Source: Egibacteraceae bacterium (lineage in GTDB: Bacteria > Actinomycetota > Nitriliruptoria > Euzebyales > Egibacteraceae). Taken from it: 64,000 nucleotides of DNA. The stretch spans positions 5,569 through 69,568 of the forward strand of contig JAUJMQ010000007.1 in assembly GCA_030446775.1 (NCBI GenBank), in the 5' to 3' direction. A model generated the notes under the pieces. The model was given only the letters and a program-made list of their open reading frames with translations. It was not told the origin of the DNA and made no database searches. Position numbers and translations under genes: made by a program. Shown piece by piece: positions 27,781 through 37,437 of the stretch. Numbering within the stretch: position 1 is the stretch's first letter; every line of letters starts with the position of its first letter.

Positions 27781-28698
27781 GTGCGGGCGCTGCTGATCCA
27801 CAACCCCAACGCGACGACGACGACACCGGCGGTGACCGACGTCATCGCACGCGCGCTGTCAGCCGAGCTCAAGCTCGACGTCGAGGCGACGAAACGGCGC
27901 GACCATGCGAGTTTCCTGGCCGCGGCAGCGGTGGACGACGGCTACGAGGTCGTGCTCGCACTGGGCGGCGACGGGACCGCCAACGAGGTGCTGCAGGGGC
28001 TGGCGGGTACCGGCGCGCGGCTGGCGGTCATCCCCGGCGGCTCGACGAACGTCTGGGCGCGCAGCCTGGGGCTGCCCAACGACGCGGTCGAGGCCACCTC
28101 GGTGCTGCTGCGCCTGCTGCGCAACCGCTGCGAGCGCGTCGTCAACCTCGGCACCGCCAACGGGCGCTACTTCGGGTTCACGGCGGGCTACGGCTACGAC
28201 GCGGAGGTCGTGCGCTACGTCGAGCACCGCTTCCGGCTGAAGCGCGCGGTGCGCCAGGCCTCCTTCCTGTACTGCGCGGCGGCCGCCTACGCGGCAGGCG
28301 CACGGGGTCGCCGCTGGGCGCGCGTGGAGATCTCGACGACCGTCGACGGGCACCCCACGCCCGACACGCTGCGCTCGGCGGTGTGCTGCAACTCCAACCC
28401 CTGGACGTTCCTGGGCCCCTGGCCCGCGCAGCTGTGCCCCGGCGCCGACCTGGACAAGCGCCTGGACGTCACGGGCTTCACCCGCCTGAACCCGATGTCC
28501 ATCGCACGGGTCGCCAGGACGACGTTGACGTCGGCGGGGGTGGGACGGCTGCGGTCGGTGCGGACCTGGCACGACCACGCGGCCTACGACCTGCGCAGCG
28601 ACACCCCCCTGGCGCTGCAGGTCGACGGTGACTTCGTCGGGGAGACGGCCGCCGTCGCGCTGCGCAGCGTCCCCGACGCCCTCGCCGTCGTCGCCTAG
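27781..28698 (+). CDS. Diacylglycerol/lipid kinase family protein (DAGK catalytic domain)
   Basis: GTG start. Motifs: LIHNPNA, VVLALGGDGTANEV, VIPGGSTNVWAR. Confidence 0.8.
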   Translation: MRALLIHNPNATTTTPAVTDVIARALSAELKLDVEATKRRDHASFLAAAAVDDGYEVVLALGGDGTANEVLQGLAGTGARLAVIPGGSTNVWARSLGLPNDAVEATSVLLRLLRNRCERVVNLGTANGRYFGFTAGYGYDAEVVRYVEHRFRLKRAVRQASFLYCAAAAYAAGARGRRWARVEISTTVDGHPTPDTLRSAVCCNSNPWTFLGPWPAQLCPGADLDKRLDVTGFTRLNPMSIARVARTTLTSAGVGRLRSVRTWHDHAAYDLRSDTPLALQVDGDFVGETAAVALRSVPDALAVVA

Positions 28699-28819
28699 GA
28701 CGCACCTCAAACGCCGGGCGGCTCGCGTCCAACGACTCCCTGCGGGAGACAGGCCCCGAGGACGCACCTCAAACGCCGGGCGGCTTTCGTCCAACGACTC
28801 CCTCCGGGAGACAGGCTCC
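28698..28819 (+). repeat. Two head-to-tail copies (62-nt period) of a ~58-nt two-hairpin intergenic repeat element
   Basis: Copy 1 (from 28698): GGACGCacctcaaacgccgggcggctcGCGTCCaacgaCTCCCtgcGGGAGacagg. Copy 2 (from 28760) has stem GGACG/CGTCC and loop tcc. The element starts on the last base of the TAG stop of the kinase gene. Confidence 0.85.
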
Positions 28820-28968
28820 AACGTTTTCCGCGCGGGAAAGCAGGGGAACGGAGCCCCCGTACAGAAGACCAAGGCGGGCCCCCGGCGCGAGACCCCATCG
28901 AACCAATTCGGCCGCACCCCTAGACGTCGCCGGAACGCGACGTATAGAGTCCGACGACGTACGCGGCT

Positions 28969-28984
28969 TGTGACCGGCTTCACA
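28969..28984. promoter_or_regulatory. Perfect CRP/FNR-family binding site TGTGAccggctTCACA upstream of whiB1
   Basis: The sequence matches TGTGA-N6-TCACA exactly and lies 136-151 nt upstream of ATG 29120. Confidence 0.6.
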
Positions 28985-29119
28985 TATCGGTCCGGCCGAG
29001 CGACCGGCGCGCCGTGACCCGGCGGCCGTGCGACTCCCGCCCCTTGCGAGGGCCGCTGGCATGCGCTCCAGACGCGCGGACCGGCCCTGCGGCACAGCGA
29101 CGAAAGCGAGTAGAAATTC

Positions 29120-29371
29120 ATGGACTGGCGTCAGCAGGCTGCGTGCCTGGACACCGACCCTGAGCTGTTCTTTCCGGTCGGCACCACCGGCCCCGCCCTG
29201 GAGCAGGTGGAGCGCGCCAAGGCCGTGTGCCGCGAGTGCGAGGTAATCGACTCCTGCCTGGAGTGGGCCCTCGACACGAACCAGGACGCGGGGGTCTGGG
29301 GTGGCATGAGCGAGGACGAGCGCCGCACCCTGCGGCGCAGCCGCCAGCGCCGCCGCCGCATGGCCAGCTGA
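29120..29371 (+). CDS. whiB1: WhiB-family Fe-S transcription factor (WhiB1-like)
   Basis: MDWRQQAACLDTDPELFFP...AKAVCRECEVIDSCLEWAL..GVWGG carries four Cys, the GVWGG turn and a basic tail. It is adjacent to pdtaS, as in M. tuberculosis Rv3219/Rv3220c. Confidence 0.9.
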   Translation: MDWRQQAACLDTDPELFFPVGTTGPALEQVERAKAVCRECEVIDSCLEWALDTNQDAGVWGGMSEDERRTLRRSRQRRRRMAS

Positions 29372-29485
29372 CCTCGCCCCGACACCGCAGAGCTGACCTC
29401 ACCGCACCCCGGCAGACAGCCCGCCTCCCGCTGCCACGCCGGCCGCCTCCCCGTCCGCCGCGCGGACCCGACGTACCCGGCCGTC

Positions 29486-30952
29486 TCACGGCAGCGGCAC
29501 GACGAGCTGCACGGTCGTCCCCGCGGGCACCGGCGGGGCCGTGAGCGTGCCGCCGAGCTCGCTCTCGACGAGCGTGCGGGCGATCTGCAGGCCCAGGTTG
29601 GCCACCGAGTCCAGCGTGGCCCCGGGTGGCAGGCCCACACCGTCGTCGCTGACGGTCACCGACAGCGTCTCCGGCTCGCAGGCGAACCGCAGGCCCACCG
29701 TCCCTCCCCGCGCGGCCCCCGCCTCAGCGGCTCCCGGGAAGGCGTGCTCGACGCAGTTCTGCAGCAGCTCGGTGATGACGAGCGCCAGCGGCGTGGCCAC
29801 GTCCGCCGGCAGGTCGCCCGGCTCCCCGTCGATCTCGAAGCGCACGGGCACGTCGGGGTCGGTGAGGCCGTCGCCGAGCATCTCCACGATCCGCCTGGCG
29901 ACCTTGAGGAAGTCCACGCGCTGGCGCGACTCCTGGCTCAGCGTCTCGTGCACGAGCGCGATCGACGAGATCCGCCGGACGCTCTCGGCCAGCGCGTCCC
30001 GGGCCTCGGCCGACTGCAGGCGCCGCCCCTGCAGCCGCAACAGGGACGCGACGGTCTGCAGGTTGTTCTTCACCCGGTGGTGGATCTCGCGGATCGTGGC
30101 GTCCTTGAGCCGCAGTGCACGCTCGTGGCGGCGCAGCTCGGTGATCTCCCGCACGAGCAGCAGCCCCCCGATGACGTCGTCGTGGCCGATCAGCGGCAGG
30201 AGTCGTCGCATGACCACGGCGCCCTGACGCTCGACCTCGGTCACGACCGGCTCCCCCGATCGCAGGGCCGCGGTGAGCTCGGCGTGACCCAGGTCGAACA
30301 TCGACAGGTGCTGGCCCACGTACTGCTCGAGGCTGCCCAGCCGGCGGTAGGCCGAGATCGCGTTCGGCGAGGCGAACGTCACTGTCCCCTCGGCGTCCAC
30401 GCGCATGATCCCGTCACCGACCCGCGGGGAGAGCTCCCGCTCCTCGGGCTGCCCGCCGCCATACGGGAACGTGCCGTCGGCGAGCATCTGGGCCAGCTCT
30501 CCGGCCGACTGCAGGTAGGTCAGCTCCAGCTGCGACGGTGACCGCGCGGTGGCGACGTTCGCCTCGCGGGTGACGACCGCGACCACCTCGCCGCGGAAGT
30601 GGACGGGGATCGCCTCCTCACGGACGGGGACACCGGTGGACCAGTCGGGGTCGGCGTCGCGGATGACCCGCTGCTCGGCCATCGCCCGTCCCACCATCGG
30701 GCGGTCGGTGACCGGGAACGCCTGACCGACGAGGTCCTCGGAGTAGATCGTCTGGGCGGTGTACGGCCGCATCTGGCCGACGCACAGGTAGGTCGCCTTT
30801 GCGTCGGGCAGCGTGTGCCCGACGAACAGCAGCAGGTCGGCGAAGGACAGGTCGGCCAGGATCTGCCAGTCGTCGAGCAGCAGGCGGAGGTGGTCGACGG
30901 TGTCGGCCGGCAGGCCGGCCCGCTCAAGCAGGAGCTCTTCGAGCACGGGCAT
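29486..30952 (-). CDS. pdtaS: PdtaS-type GAF-PAS sensor histidine kinase
   Basis: The N-terminal GAF/PAS region is followed by the H box REIHHRVKNNLQTVASLLRLQ and an HATPase domain (LVITELLQNCVEHAF, DDGVGLP). Confidence 0.85.
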   Translation of the reverse strand: MPVLEELLLERAGLPADTVDHLRLLLDDWQILADLSFADLLLFVGHTLPDAKATYLCVGQMRPYTAQTIYSEDLVGQAFPVTDRPMVGRAMAEQRVIRDADPDWSTGVPVREEAIPVHFRGEVVAVVTREANVATARSPSQLELTYLQSAGELAQMLADGTFPYGGGQPEERELSPRVGDGIMRVDAEGTVTFASPNAISAYRRLGSLEQYVGQHLSMFDLGHAELTAALRSGEPVVTEVERQGAVVMRRLLPLIGHDDVIGGLLLVREITELRRHERALRLKDATIREIHHRVKNNLQTVASLLRLQGRRLQSAEARDALAESVRRISSIALVHETLSQESRQRVDFLKVARRIVEMLGDGLTDPDVPVRFEIDGEPGDLPADVATPLALVITELLQNCVEHAFPGAAEAGAARGGTVGLRFACEPETLSVTVSDDGVGLPPGATLDSVANLGLQIARTLVESELGGTLTAPPVPAGTTVQLVVPLP

Positions 30953-30973
30953 CGGGCGGCGCCTCCTGCTGGC

Positions 30974-31222
30974 CTACGCCGGAGCGGCGAGGGTGTCGGG
31001 GTTGCTGCCGTCGTCGAGCACGACGAGCACGTCGCCCTCGGAGATCACGTCGGCGACGTCGACGTTGACGGCCGCGACCTTCCCGTCGGCGGGCGCGAGC
31101 ACGGGGATCTCCATCTTCATAGACTCGACGACCAGCAGCGTCTGTCCCGCGGCGACATGGGCGCCGGGGATCACGGCGACGCTCACGACGTTCGCGACCA
31201 GCTGGGCGGTGACCTCGACCAT
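30974..31222 (-). CDS. Biotin/lipoyl-attachment domain protein (TB7.3-like)
   Basis: 82 aa with the biotinyl-lysine motif VVESMKMEIPV. GAGGAGA lies upstream of the ATG. Confidence 0.85.
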   Translation of the reverse strand: MVEVTAQLVANVVSVAVIPGAHVAAGQTLLVVESMKMEIPVLAPADGKVAAVNVDVADVISEGDVLVVLDDGSNPDTLAAPA

Positions 31223-31288
31223 CGTCTCCTCGCCGGGCCCGGGACGCGGAGCCTACCGGCGGCGTCCCCCGGGTCGCCGGGCAGCCGG

Positions 31289-31612
31289 TCAGCGGCCGAG
31301 GAAGCGCTCCAGGCCCTTGATGGGACCCACCTCGCGCATCCGCGAGAACGCGCGGGCCTCGATCTTCTTGACCTCCGGGATGGTCATGCCCAGCCGATCG
31401 GCGACCTCGCCGGGCTTGGCGGGGTTGCCGTCGACCAGGCCCATCCGCAGCTCCACCACCCGCCGCTCGATGTCGGGCAGCCGGCGCAGGACCCCTGACA
31501 GCCTCTGGCGCAGCGCGGCCACGGCCGCGTCGTCGGGGTCGGCGTCACGGCCGCGCGCTGCGCCGGGCCGTGTGGGGCCTCGGTCGGCGGGGGAGGTCCC
31601 AGAGGCGCTCAT
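31289..31612 (-). CDS. Sigma-70 region-4-like HTH protein
   Basis: LPDIERRVVELRMGLVDGNPAKPGEVADRLGMTIPEVKKIEARAFSRMRE resembles sigma region 4.2 only. Confidence 0.7.
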   Translation of the reverse strand: MSASGTSPADRGPTRPGAARGRDADPDDAAVAALRQRLSGVLRRLPDIERRVVELRMGLVDGNPAKPGEVADRLGMTIPEVKKIEARAFSRMREVGPIKGLERFLGR

Positions 31613-31661
31613 GGCGCGACCATGCTACAGCCGGGAAGTTGCGGGCCTGGTGGCGGCCCTA

Positions 31662-31719
31662 GCACGCACCTCAAACGCCGGGCGGCTTACGTGCAACGAC
31701 TCCCTTCGGGAGACAGGTC
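31662..31719 (+). repeat. Third copy of the two-hairpin repeat element
   Basis: GCACGcacctcaaacgccgggcggcttaCGTGCaacgaCTCCCttcGGGAGacagg. Stem 1 carries a compensatory G-C to C-G change relative to the 28.7-kb copies. The element ends 15 nt before GTG 31734. Confidence 0.85.
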
Positions 31720-31733
31720 CTAGGCTCGCCGGT

Positions 31734-32750
31734 GTGGGCGACCTGCAGCAGCTCGTCGACGCCGCGGATGCCGCGGCCCTGCTGCGCGCCGTCGACGGGC
31801 TGTGCGCCACCCGCGACTGGGACGCCCTGGTCGACCTCGGCCGTCGCTGCACCGACGCCGTCGAGCTCGGCAGGCAGCTGTGGCCTGTCGCCATGCACAT
31901 CGACTACCGGCTGGCGCTGGAGGGGCCGGCGGCCCACGCGGCCGCCGTGCTGCGGCCGGGAGCGGGGCGGTTCGCACTCGGGCCGCTGACCGAGGTCGCC
32001 GCCAGCACCCCCGACTGGGCGTCGCTCGCACCCCACCTGCGCGATCCCGTCACGGCGGCGACTGTCGCCGCCGAGCGGGTGCTGCGCGGCGAGGACCTCA
32101 CCGCCGGCGTGGCGGGGTCTGTGCTCGGCGTGACCGAGCTGCCGTTGCGGCGCTGCGCCTGGGAGCCGTCCTACGCGCTGCCGACCTACCGCGACCGCTC
32201 CGCCGCCTTCCCGTCGCCTCCGGTGGCCACCGCGGGTCCCCCACTGCCGGCGACCACAGCGGGGCGGCGGCTGGACGCCGACGAGGTGGTCTGCGCGCGG
32301 ACCGACCTCGTCGAGGTCTGGGTCGCCCAGTCGGCGGGCCGCGCCGCGGCGGTCGTGGTCGCAGGCGACGCGGCGGCCGCCGTCGGCCGGCTGGACAGCG
32401 AGGCGGTCGTCGAGCCGCTGCCTGCCGCCGACGCCCTGGCGCTGCTGCAGTGGGCGGGGGCGAGCGGGGGCGCGTACGGGCGCCGCCGCGGCGGGGCGGC
32501 GGGCCGCTTCGCGACGTGGTGGTCGGCGGCGGCGCTCGCCTGCGGCCTACCGTGGCCCGACGGCCCGGTGGACGCCGGATTCTGCGACGAGCTCGGCGAC
32601 GCCGTCACCGACCTGCGCTGGCACCGCTGGCGCGGGACCGCGCCCGACACCGGTTGGGTGCTCCGGCTGGCCGTCGAGGATCCGGTCGACGGTCTGGCGT
32701 GGGCGGTCGACGCCGCCGACGAGCGCGACGAGGACCTGCCCGTCCGTTGA
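31734..32750 (+). CDS. Conserved hypothetical protein (338 aa)
   Basis: High-GC3 frame within ORF 30813..32750, starting at GTG 31734 (VGDLQQLVDAADAAALLRAVDGLCATRDWDALVDLGRR...). I recognise no motif. Confidence 0.55.
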   Translation: MGDLQQLVDAADAAALLRAVDGLCATRDWDALVDLGRRCTDAVELGRQLWPVAMHIDYRLALEGPAAHAAAVLRPGAGRFALGPLTEVAASTPDWASLAPHLRDPVTAATVAAERVLRGEDLTAGVAGSVLGVTELPLRRCAWEPSYALPTYRDRSAAFPSPPVATAGPPLPATTAGRRLDADEVVCARTDLVEVWVAQSAGRAAAVVVAGDAAAAVGRLDSEAVVEPLPAADALALLQWAGASGGAYGRRRGGAAGRFATWWSAAALACGLPWPDGPVDAGFCDELGDAVTDLRWHRWRGTAPDTGWVLRLAVEDPVDGLAWAVDAADERDEDLPVR

Positions 32751-32955
32751 CGCCAGGACCGGCCGCGCGCCCGGGGCGTGGGCAGCTGCAACGCGCTATG
32801 CCGCGCCCGCGCACGACACGAGGCGGCCGGCACGCCATGTGCCCCTGTACCACCTGTGCCCTGTCGCCGTGCCGTGTGCCGGCGGCATGCCGGCCAGGCG
32901 CGGCGCCGGGGCGCGTGACCGGCTGCCCGGTGGCGCCCGTGTCACCTGTGCCACC

Positions 32956-33534
32956 ATGGCGGGCATGGTGCTCGTGGGCGTGACCGTGGCCGCCGCTGTG
33001 GTCGTCGGCCGGCTTCGCGGCGGTCGCCTGCGCAATCTGGGGGCGGTGTCCCTGCGGCGACCGTGGCTGCTGGCGGTGTCGGTCGGGGCGCAGCTCATCC
33101 TGGCCGCCGTCGCCCGCGCCGGCGGCCCCGCCGAGGCGCTGGCGCTCCCGCTGCTCGTCGCCTCTCAGGTGGCGCTCGCGGGCTTCCTGGTCGCCAACCT
33201 CGCGCTGCCCGGGATCGTGCTGGTCACCGCGGGCGCCGCGGCCAACGCCGCGGTGATCCTCGCCAACGGGGCGATGCCCGTCTCGCGTGCGGCGCTGTTG
33301 GCCGTGAGTCCCCGTGCGGTGGACTTCGAGCCCGCCAAGCACCGGCTCCTCAGCGATGGCGACCGCCTGTCCTGGCTGGCCGACGTGATCCCGGTACCCC
33401 TGCTGCGCACCGTGGTCAGCGCGGGTGACGTCGTGCTGGCCGTCGGCGTCGCCGTCCTCGTCGCGGGCCTCATGCGCGACGACCCGCCCGCCCAGCGGTG
33501 GCGGGCCTCGCCACGGGCGAGCTCAGTCGCGTAG
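32956..33534 (+). CDS. Integral membrane protein (DUF5317-like)
   Basis: MAGMVLVGVTVAAAVVVGRL.. with about 5 TM segments, then ILANGAMPVS...AKHRLLSDGDRLSWLADVIPVP. The alternative start is ATG 32965. Confidence 0.6.
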   Translation: MAGMVLVGVTVAAAVVVGRLRGGRLRNLGAVSLRRPWLLAVSVGAQLILAAVARAGGPAEALALPLLVASQVALAGFLVANLALPGIVLVTAGAAANAAVILANGAMPVSRAALLAVSPRAVDFEPAKHRLLSDGDRLSWLADVIPVPLLRTVVSAGDVVLAVGVAVLVAGLMRDDPPAQRWRASPRASSVA

Positions 33535-34467
33535 CCAGTCGACGGTCCTCGCGAGTCCCTCGCGCAGGCTCGTGCGCGGCTTCCAGCCCAGCTCCGCACC
33601 GGCGAGGCGGGTGTCGAGCGCGATCTGGCGCAGCTCGCCCGGGCGCTCGGGCGCGTACTGGGCCTCGCGTTCGTAGCCGGTCAGCTCCGCCAACGACGCG
33701 AACAGCTGGTTGACGCTCGTCGTCTCGCCGGTGCCGATGTTGCAACGCACCCCGTCTCCGCGGTCGATCGCGGCGACGACGGCGTCCACGACGTCGGTGA
33801 CGAACACGAAGTCGCGGCTCTGCTCGCCGTCGCCGTAGACGGTGAGCGGCAGCCCCTGCAGCATGCGCCCGCCGAAGATCGAGACAACCCCCGCCTCTCC
33901 CCCGGGGTCCTGGCGCGGCCCGTAGACGTTCGCCAGCGCCAGCGACGTCCAGCGCAGCCCGTACAGCGCCGAGTAGGCGTAGAAGTACTCCTCCACACCG
34001 CGCTTGCTCGCGCCGTACTGGGAATGGGGATGGCCGGGGTAGTCCTCGGCGATCGGCAGGTCGGCGGGTCCCGGCTCACCGTAGATGCAGCCGCCCGAGG
34101 TCGTCATGACGACCTTGCCGACGCCGTGGCGCCGGGCCGCCTCGAGCAGGTTCACCGTGCCGACCACGTTGACCATCGCGTCGTGGATCGGGTCGGCGAC
34201 GCTGCGCCGGACGTCGATCTGCGCGGCGAGGTGCAGGATGACCTCCGGCCGCGTGTCGGCCACGACGGCGACGACGTCGGGCGACGTGATGTCGATCTCG
34301 TGGAACGTCAGCGGCGCGTCAGGCCTGGAGCGGGCGTCGTCGAGGTTGGCGAGCCTGCCGGTGGACAGGTCGTCGACGACGGCGACCTCGTGGCCCTCCG
34401 CCAGCAGCCGGTCGGTCAGGTTGGACCCGATGAAGCCGGCCCCGCCGGTCACGAGCACACGTGCCAT
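33523..34467 (-). CDS. NAD-dependent epimerase/dehydratase (UDP-glucose 4-epimerase-like)
   Basis: MARVLVTGGAGFIGSNL (Rossmann fold) and the YGASK catalytic motif. GGAGG lies upstream. Confidence 0.85.
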   Translation of the reverse strand: MARVLVTGGAGFIGSNLTDRLLAEGHEVAVVDDLSTGRLANLDDARSRPDAPLTFHEIDITSPDVVAVVADTRPEVILHLAAQIDVRRSVADPIHDAMVNVVGTVNLLEAARRHGVGKVVMTTSGGCIYGEPGPADLPIAEDYPGHPHSQYGASKRGVEEYFYAYSALYGLRWTSLALANVYGPRQDPGGEAGVVSIFGGRMLQGLPLTVYGDGEQSRDFVFVTDVVDAVVAAIDRGDGVRCNIGTGETTSVNQLFASLAELTGYEREAQYAPERPGELRQIALDTRLAGAELGWKPRTSLREGLARTVDWLRD

Positions 34468-34591
34468 CAGTCGCCTCCGCAGTCTGTGGGGTACCGCTGC
34501 ACAGCGGCCCGGGCCGACCCGTAGACGGTCGGCACCGGCGGACAGGATCGGTCAGCGCGGCGCCGGGGGCAACGGCGCCGGTGCGGCGCCG

Positions 34592-34822
34592 TCACGACAG
34601 GACTCGCAGCTGCGCCTTGACGCGCTCGAGCAGGCCCGCAGGCGCGCAGTCGGTGCACTTCGCCGCGATGACGGCCCGCAGCCCGCGCTCGAACTCGGCG
34701 CGGTCGGTGCACGGGGAGCAGGCGCGCAGGTGGCGGGCCACGAGCGCCTCCAGGTCGTCGGGGCACTCGCCGTCGAGGTAGACCTCCAGCTCCCGCAGGA
34801 CCTCGTGACAGTCGTCAGGCAT
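34592..34822 (-). CDS. rshA: Zinc-associated anti-sigma factor (RshA/RsrA-like)
   Basis: [20 protein letters not shown]...HLRACSPC carries the HxxxCxxC motif. The gene overlaps the sigH stop by 8 nt. Confidence 0.85.
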   Translation of the reverse strand: MPDDCHEVLRELEVYLDGECPDDLEALVARHLRACSPCTDRAEFERGLRAVIAAKCTDCAPAGLLERVKAQLRVLS

Positions 34823-35483
34823 CGGTGCGGCGCTCCCTGGGGTTCTCTTCGTGGCTCTCGGCCGGCCCGCCGGCGGCGGACAGCAGCCCCCGCTGGGTGG
34901 CGTAGTCGTACAACGCACGCTGGAGCGCTGCTCTTCCCCGGTGCAGCCGGCTCATCACCGTACCGATGGGTGTTCCCATGATGTCGGCGATCTCGGCGTA
35001 CGTGAAGCCCTCGACATCGGCGAGGTAGACCGCCATCCGGAACTGCTCGGGCAAGTCGGCCAGCGCCTGCTTGACCTCCTCGTCAGGCAGCCGGCGCAGG
35101 GCCTCCACCTCCGCCGGCGCTTGCGTCGCCGCAGCGATGCGGTCGTACAGCGAGAAGTCGCCGGCCCCGTCGGACAGGCCGTCGCGGTAGGCGTCCGCCG
35201 AGACCTCGTCGGGCCGGCGCTGCTGCTTGCGGTAGGTGTTGATGTAGGTGTTGGCCAGGATCCGGTACAGCCACGCCCGCAGGTTCGTCCCCGGCCGGAA
35301 CTGGTGGAACGCCGAGTAGGCCTTGGCGAAGGCCTCCTGGACCAGGTCCTCGGCGTCGGCGGGGTTGCGGGTGTAGCGCAGCGCCGCCGAGTACAGCTGG
35401 TCGAGGTACGGCAGCGCGTCGCGGGTGAAGGAGTCCCGACGTTCCTCGTCGGTCAGCTCCTGGCGCACCGTCCCACTGGGCAC
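34815..35483 (-). CDS. sigH: ECF sigma factor SigH/SigR-like
   Basis: GTG 35483 follows AAGGAGA at 7-nt spacing. Motifs: [55 protein letters not shown]. The alternative ATG 35504 has no RBS. Confidence 0.85.
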   Translation of the reverse strand: MPSGTVRQELTDEERRDSFTRDALPYLDQLYSAALRYTRNPADAEDLVQEAFAKAYSAFHQFRPGTNLRAWLYRILANTYINTYRKQQRRPDEVSADAYRDGLSDGAGDFSLYDRIAAATQAPAEVEALRRLPDEEVKQALADLPEQFRMAVYLADVEGFTYAEIADIMGTPIGTVMSRLHRGRAALQRALYDYATQRGLLSAAGGPAESHEENPRERRTDA

Positions 35484-35675
35484 TCGCGCTCTCCTTGTCG
35501 GCATCGGCGCCAGCGAGTCTAGGCCGCGTCCGGCACCCGGCCCCGCCCGACCGGCACCCGGCGCCGGCCCTACCCGGCAGCGGAGTCCACAATGCGTCTC
35601 ATGCACTCTTGTGCTACGTCGTGCATCGTCGTACAACGTGGCCTCGAGGAACGTGGCCCGACGGAGGCGGCGACC

Positions 35676-36756
35676 ATGGACGACAGCCCGCTCGCAGCCT
35701 GGCTACGCGAGGCGCCGGGGGACGACACCGGCTGGGACGGCACGGCGGCGCCCGAGCCGGGACCCGGCCCGGCGCCGGAGCCGGTGACCCGGCACGCGGC
35801 CGCGGCCGGCGATCCTCTGCCCTGGGACGACGACCCGGCACCGCCGGCGAAGCGCCGGCGGCTGCTGATCCTCGCCGGGATCCCGTGGCTGGCGCTCGTC
35901 GCCGTCGCCGCCGCCGTGGGGGTGCGCGGTGCCTCCCAGGCCGCGCCGGTGACCCGGCCGGTCCCGCCACCGGCCGCGTCGCGGCCGGCCGCCGCGGCCG
36001 GCGGGGGCCCCGGCGCCGCGGGGGACGCGGCGTCGGTGCCCGGCGCGGGGGACGCCGGTGCCGCGCCCGGTGTCGCGCCCGGCCCGGCTCTGGAGGCCGG
36101 GGATGCGGCCGAGGCACCCCGCGGGCAGCTTCGACCGGCAGGCGGCCGCGACACCGGCGCCGGCGTCCGGCGAGGTTCCCGAGCCGGGCGCCGGCCTCGA
36201 CGCCGGCCTCGCCGGCCTGGACGCCGGCGGGGCGGCCGTCGAGCGCCAGGCGCTGGAGGCTGCCGCGACGACGGCCGTGCGCGCGGGGACCCGCCTGGTC
36301 GCCGGCGACCAGCGCTACGTCGACGCCGTGGCCGTGGAGCGGGTCCGCTGGACGGGCACCGTCGCTGTGGTGACCGTGCGGGCGGTCGTGCTGACCGGGC
36401 GCGGCGACGCCTGGACCACGGCCCGGCCGCAACGTCTTGCGGTCCCGGTCCAGCGCACCGCGGACGGCTACGTCGCCGTGGCCCGGGCCTGGCCGCTGCC
36501 CGTACCGACGCCGGCCCGTTCGCGGTGGCGGCCCGTGCGCGACCCGGCCCTGGCGGCGGCCGTCACGGACTCGCTGACCGAGGCCGGGTGGTCGGGTGTC
36601 GGCCTGCCGCGGCTCGAGCGCAGCGTCGGCGTCCCCGGTGCCTTGCGGGTCCGCGTCCGTGCCCGGTCCCCCGGTGGTGATGGTCTCACGACGTCGGAGG
36701 TGTGGCTGACCGACGAATCCCGTCCGCGGGTGCTCGGGACGGCGGTCCAGCCATGA
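35676..36756 (+). pseudogene. Membrane-anchored hypothetical protein, apparent frame break near 36.1 kb
   Basis: ATG 35676 follows GGAGG. The N-terminal part (frame of ORF 35592) has one TM (LLILAGIPWLALVAVAAAV). The C-terminal domain ([38 protein letters not shown]...) is in the frame of ORF 36058..36756. These could also be two separate genes. Confidence 0.4.
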
Positions 36757-36789
36757 GCGGCATGAGGGGAAACGGCGCGAGCGGCGCGA

Positions 36790-37431
36790 GTGGCGCGTCG
36801 CAGGAGCTCGTGCACCTGCGCGGCGCGCTGGCCGCCCGTTCGGATCCGGGCACGCGGAGCGGACCGGTCGCCCGGGTTCCGGCTGCCGGACCCGTGGGCG
36901 CGGGCCCTGCCGGCGGCGCCGGCCGCGGCCCGTCGCCCCGCCGGCCGGGCGAGCGCGCGCCGGCTCGACCCGCGCGAGGCGCTGGCAGCCGGCTTCGCCG
37001 CGCTGTTCTGCGAGGTCCAGGCGGGCGTCCGGCCGCGGCGGCTGCTCCGACCCTTCGTCACACCGCTGCTGCAGGCCCGGCTGTCGTACCTGCGCGTCCA
37101 CGCCGGGGTGCCCGCAACCGTGCTCGGCGTCGCCGGCAGCGCCGTCGGCCCGGGGATCTACGAGGCCGTGGCGCTCGTGCGCCGCGACGGGCGCTGCGGT
37201 GCGGTGGCGCTGCGCCTGATCCGGACCCCCGCAGGCTGGCGGGTCGACGACGTGGCCCGCCCGGAGGACGGGCCACTGCCGGAGCTGCGCTTCCCGACCG
37301 ACAGCGACGACTTCGACGGCGGCGACGGCGGCGACGGCAACGACGGCCGGGGGCTCGACGGCGCGCCGGACGGCCCCGGCACGGACGGCCTGGCCCGGTT
37401 GGCGTCGCAACAGCCGCGCCGGGTACCCTGA
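36790..37431 (+). CDS. Rv3235-family conserved actinobacterial protein
   Basis: EALAAGFAALFCEVQAGVRPRRLLRPFVTPLLQARL...YEAVALVRRDGRCGAVALRLIRTPAGWRVDDV. The start is uncertain: an ATGA-coupled ATG at 36753 lies in another frame. Confidence 0.55.
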   Translation: MARRRSSCTCAARWPPVRIRARGADRSPGFRLPDPWARALPAAPAAARRPAGRASARRLDPREALAAGFAALFCEVQAGVRPRRLLRPFVTPLLQARLSYLRVHAGVPATVLGVAGSAVGPGIYEAVALVRRDGRCGAVALRLIRTPAGWRVDDVARPEDGPLPELRFPTDSDDFDGGDGGDGNDGRGLDGAPDGPGTDGLARLASQQPRRVP

Positions 37432-37437
37432 GCGCCG

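Noticed and set aside
35484-35660. SigH/SigR autoregulatory promoter (GGAAT-N18-GTT) upstream of sigH
   Set aside because: No GGAAT-type -35 with an appropriately spaced GTT was found by eye on the minus strand.
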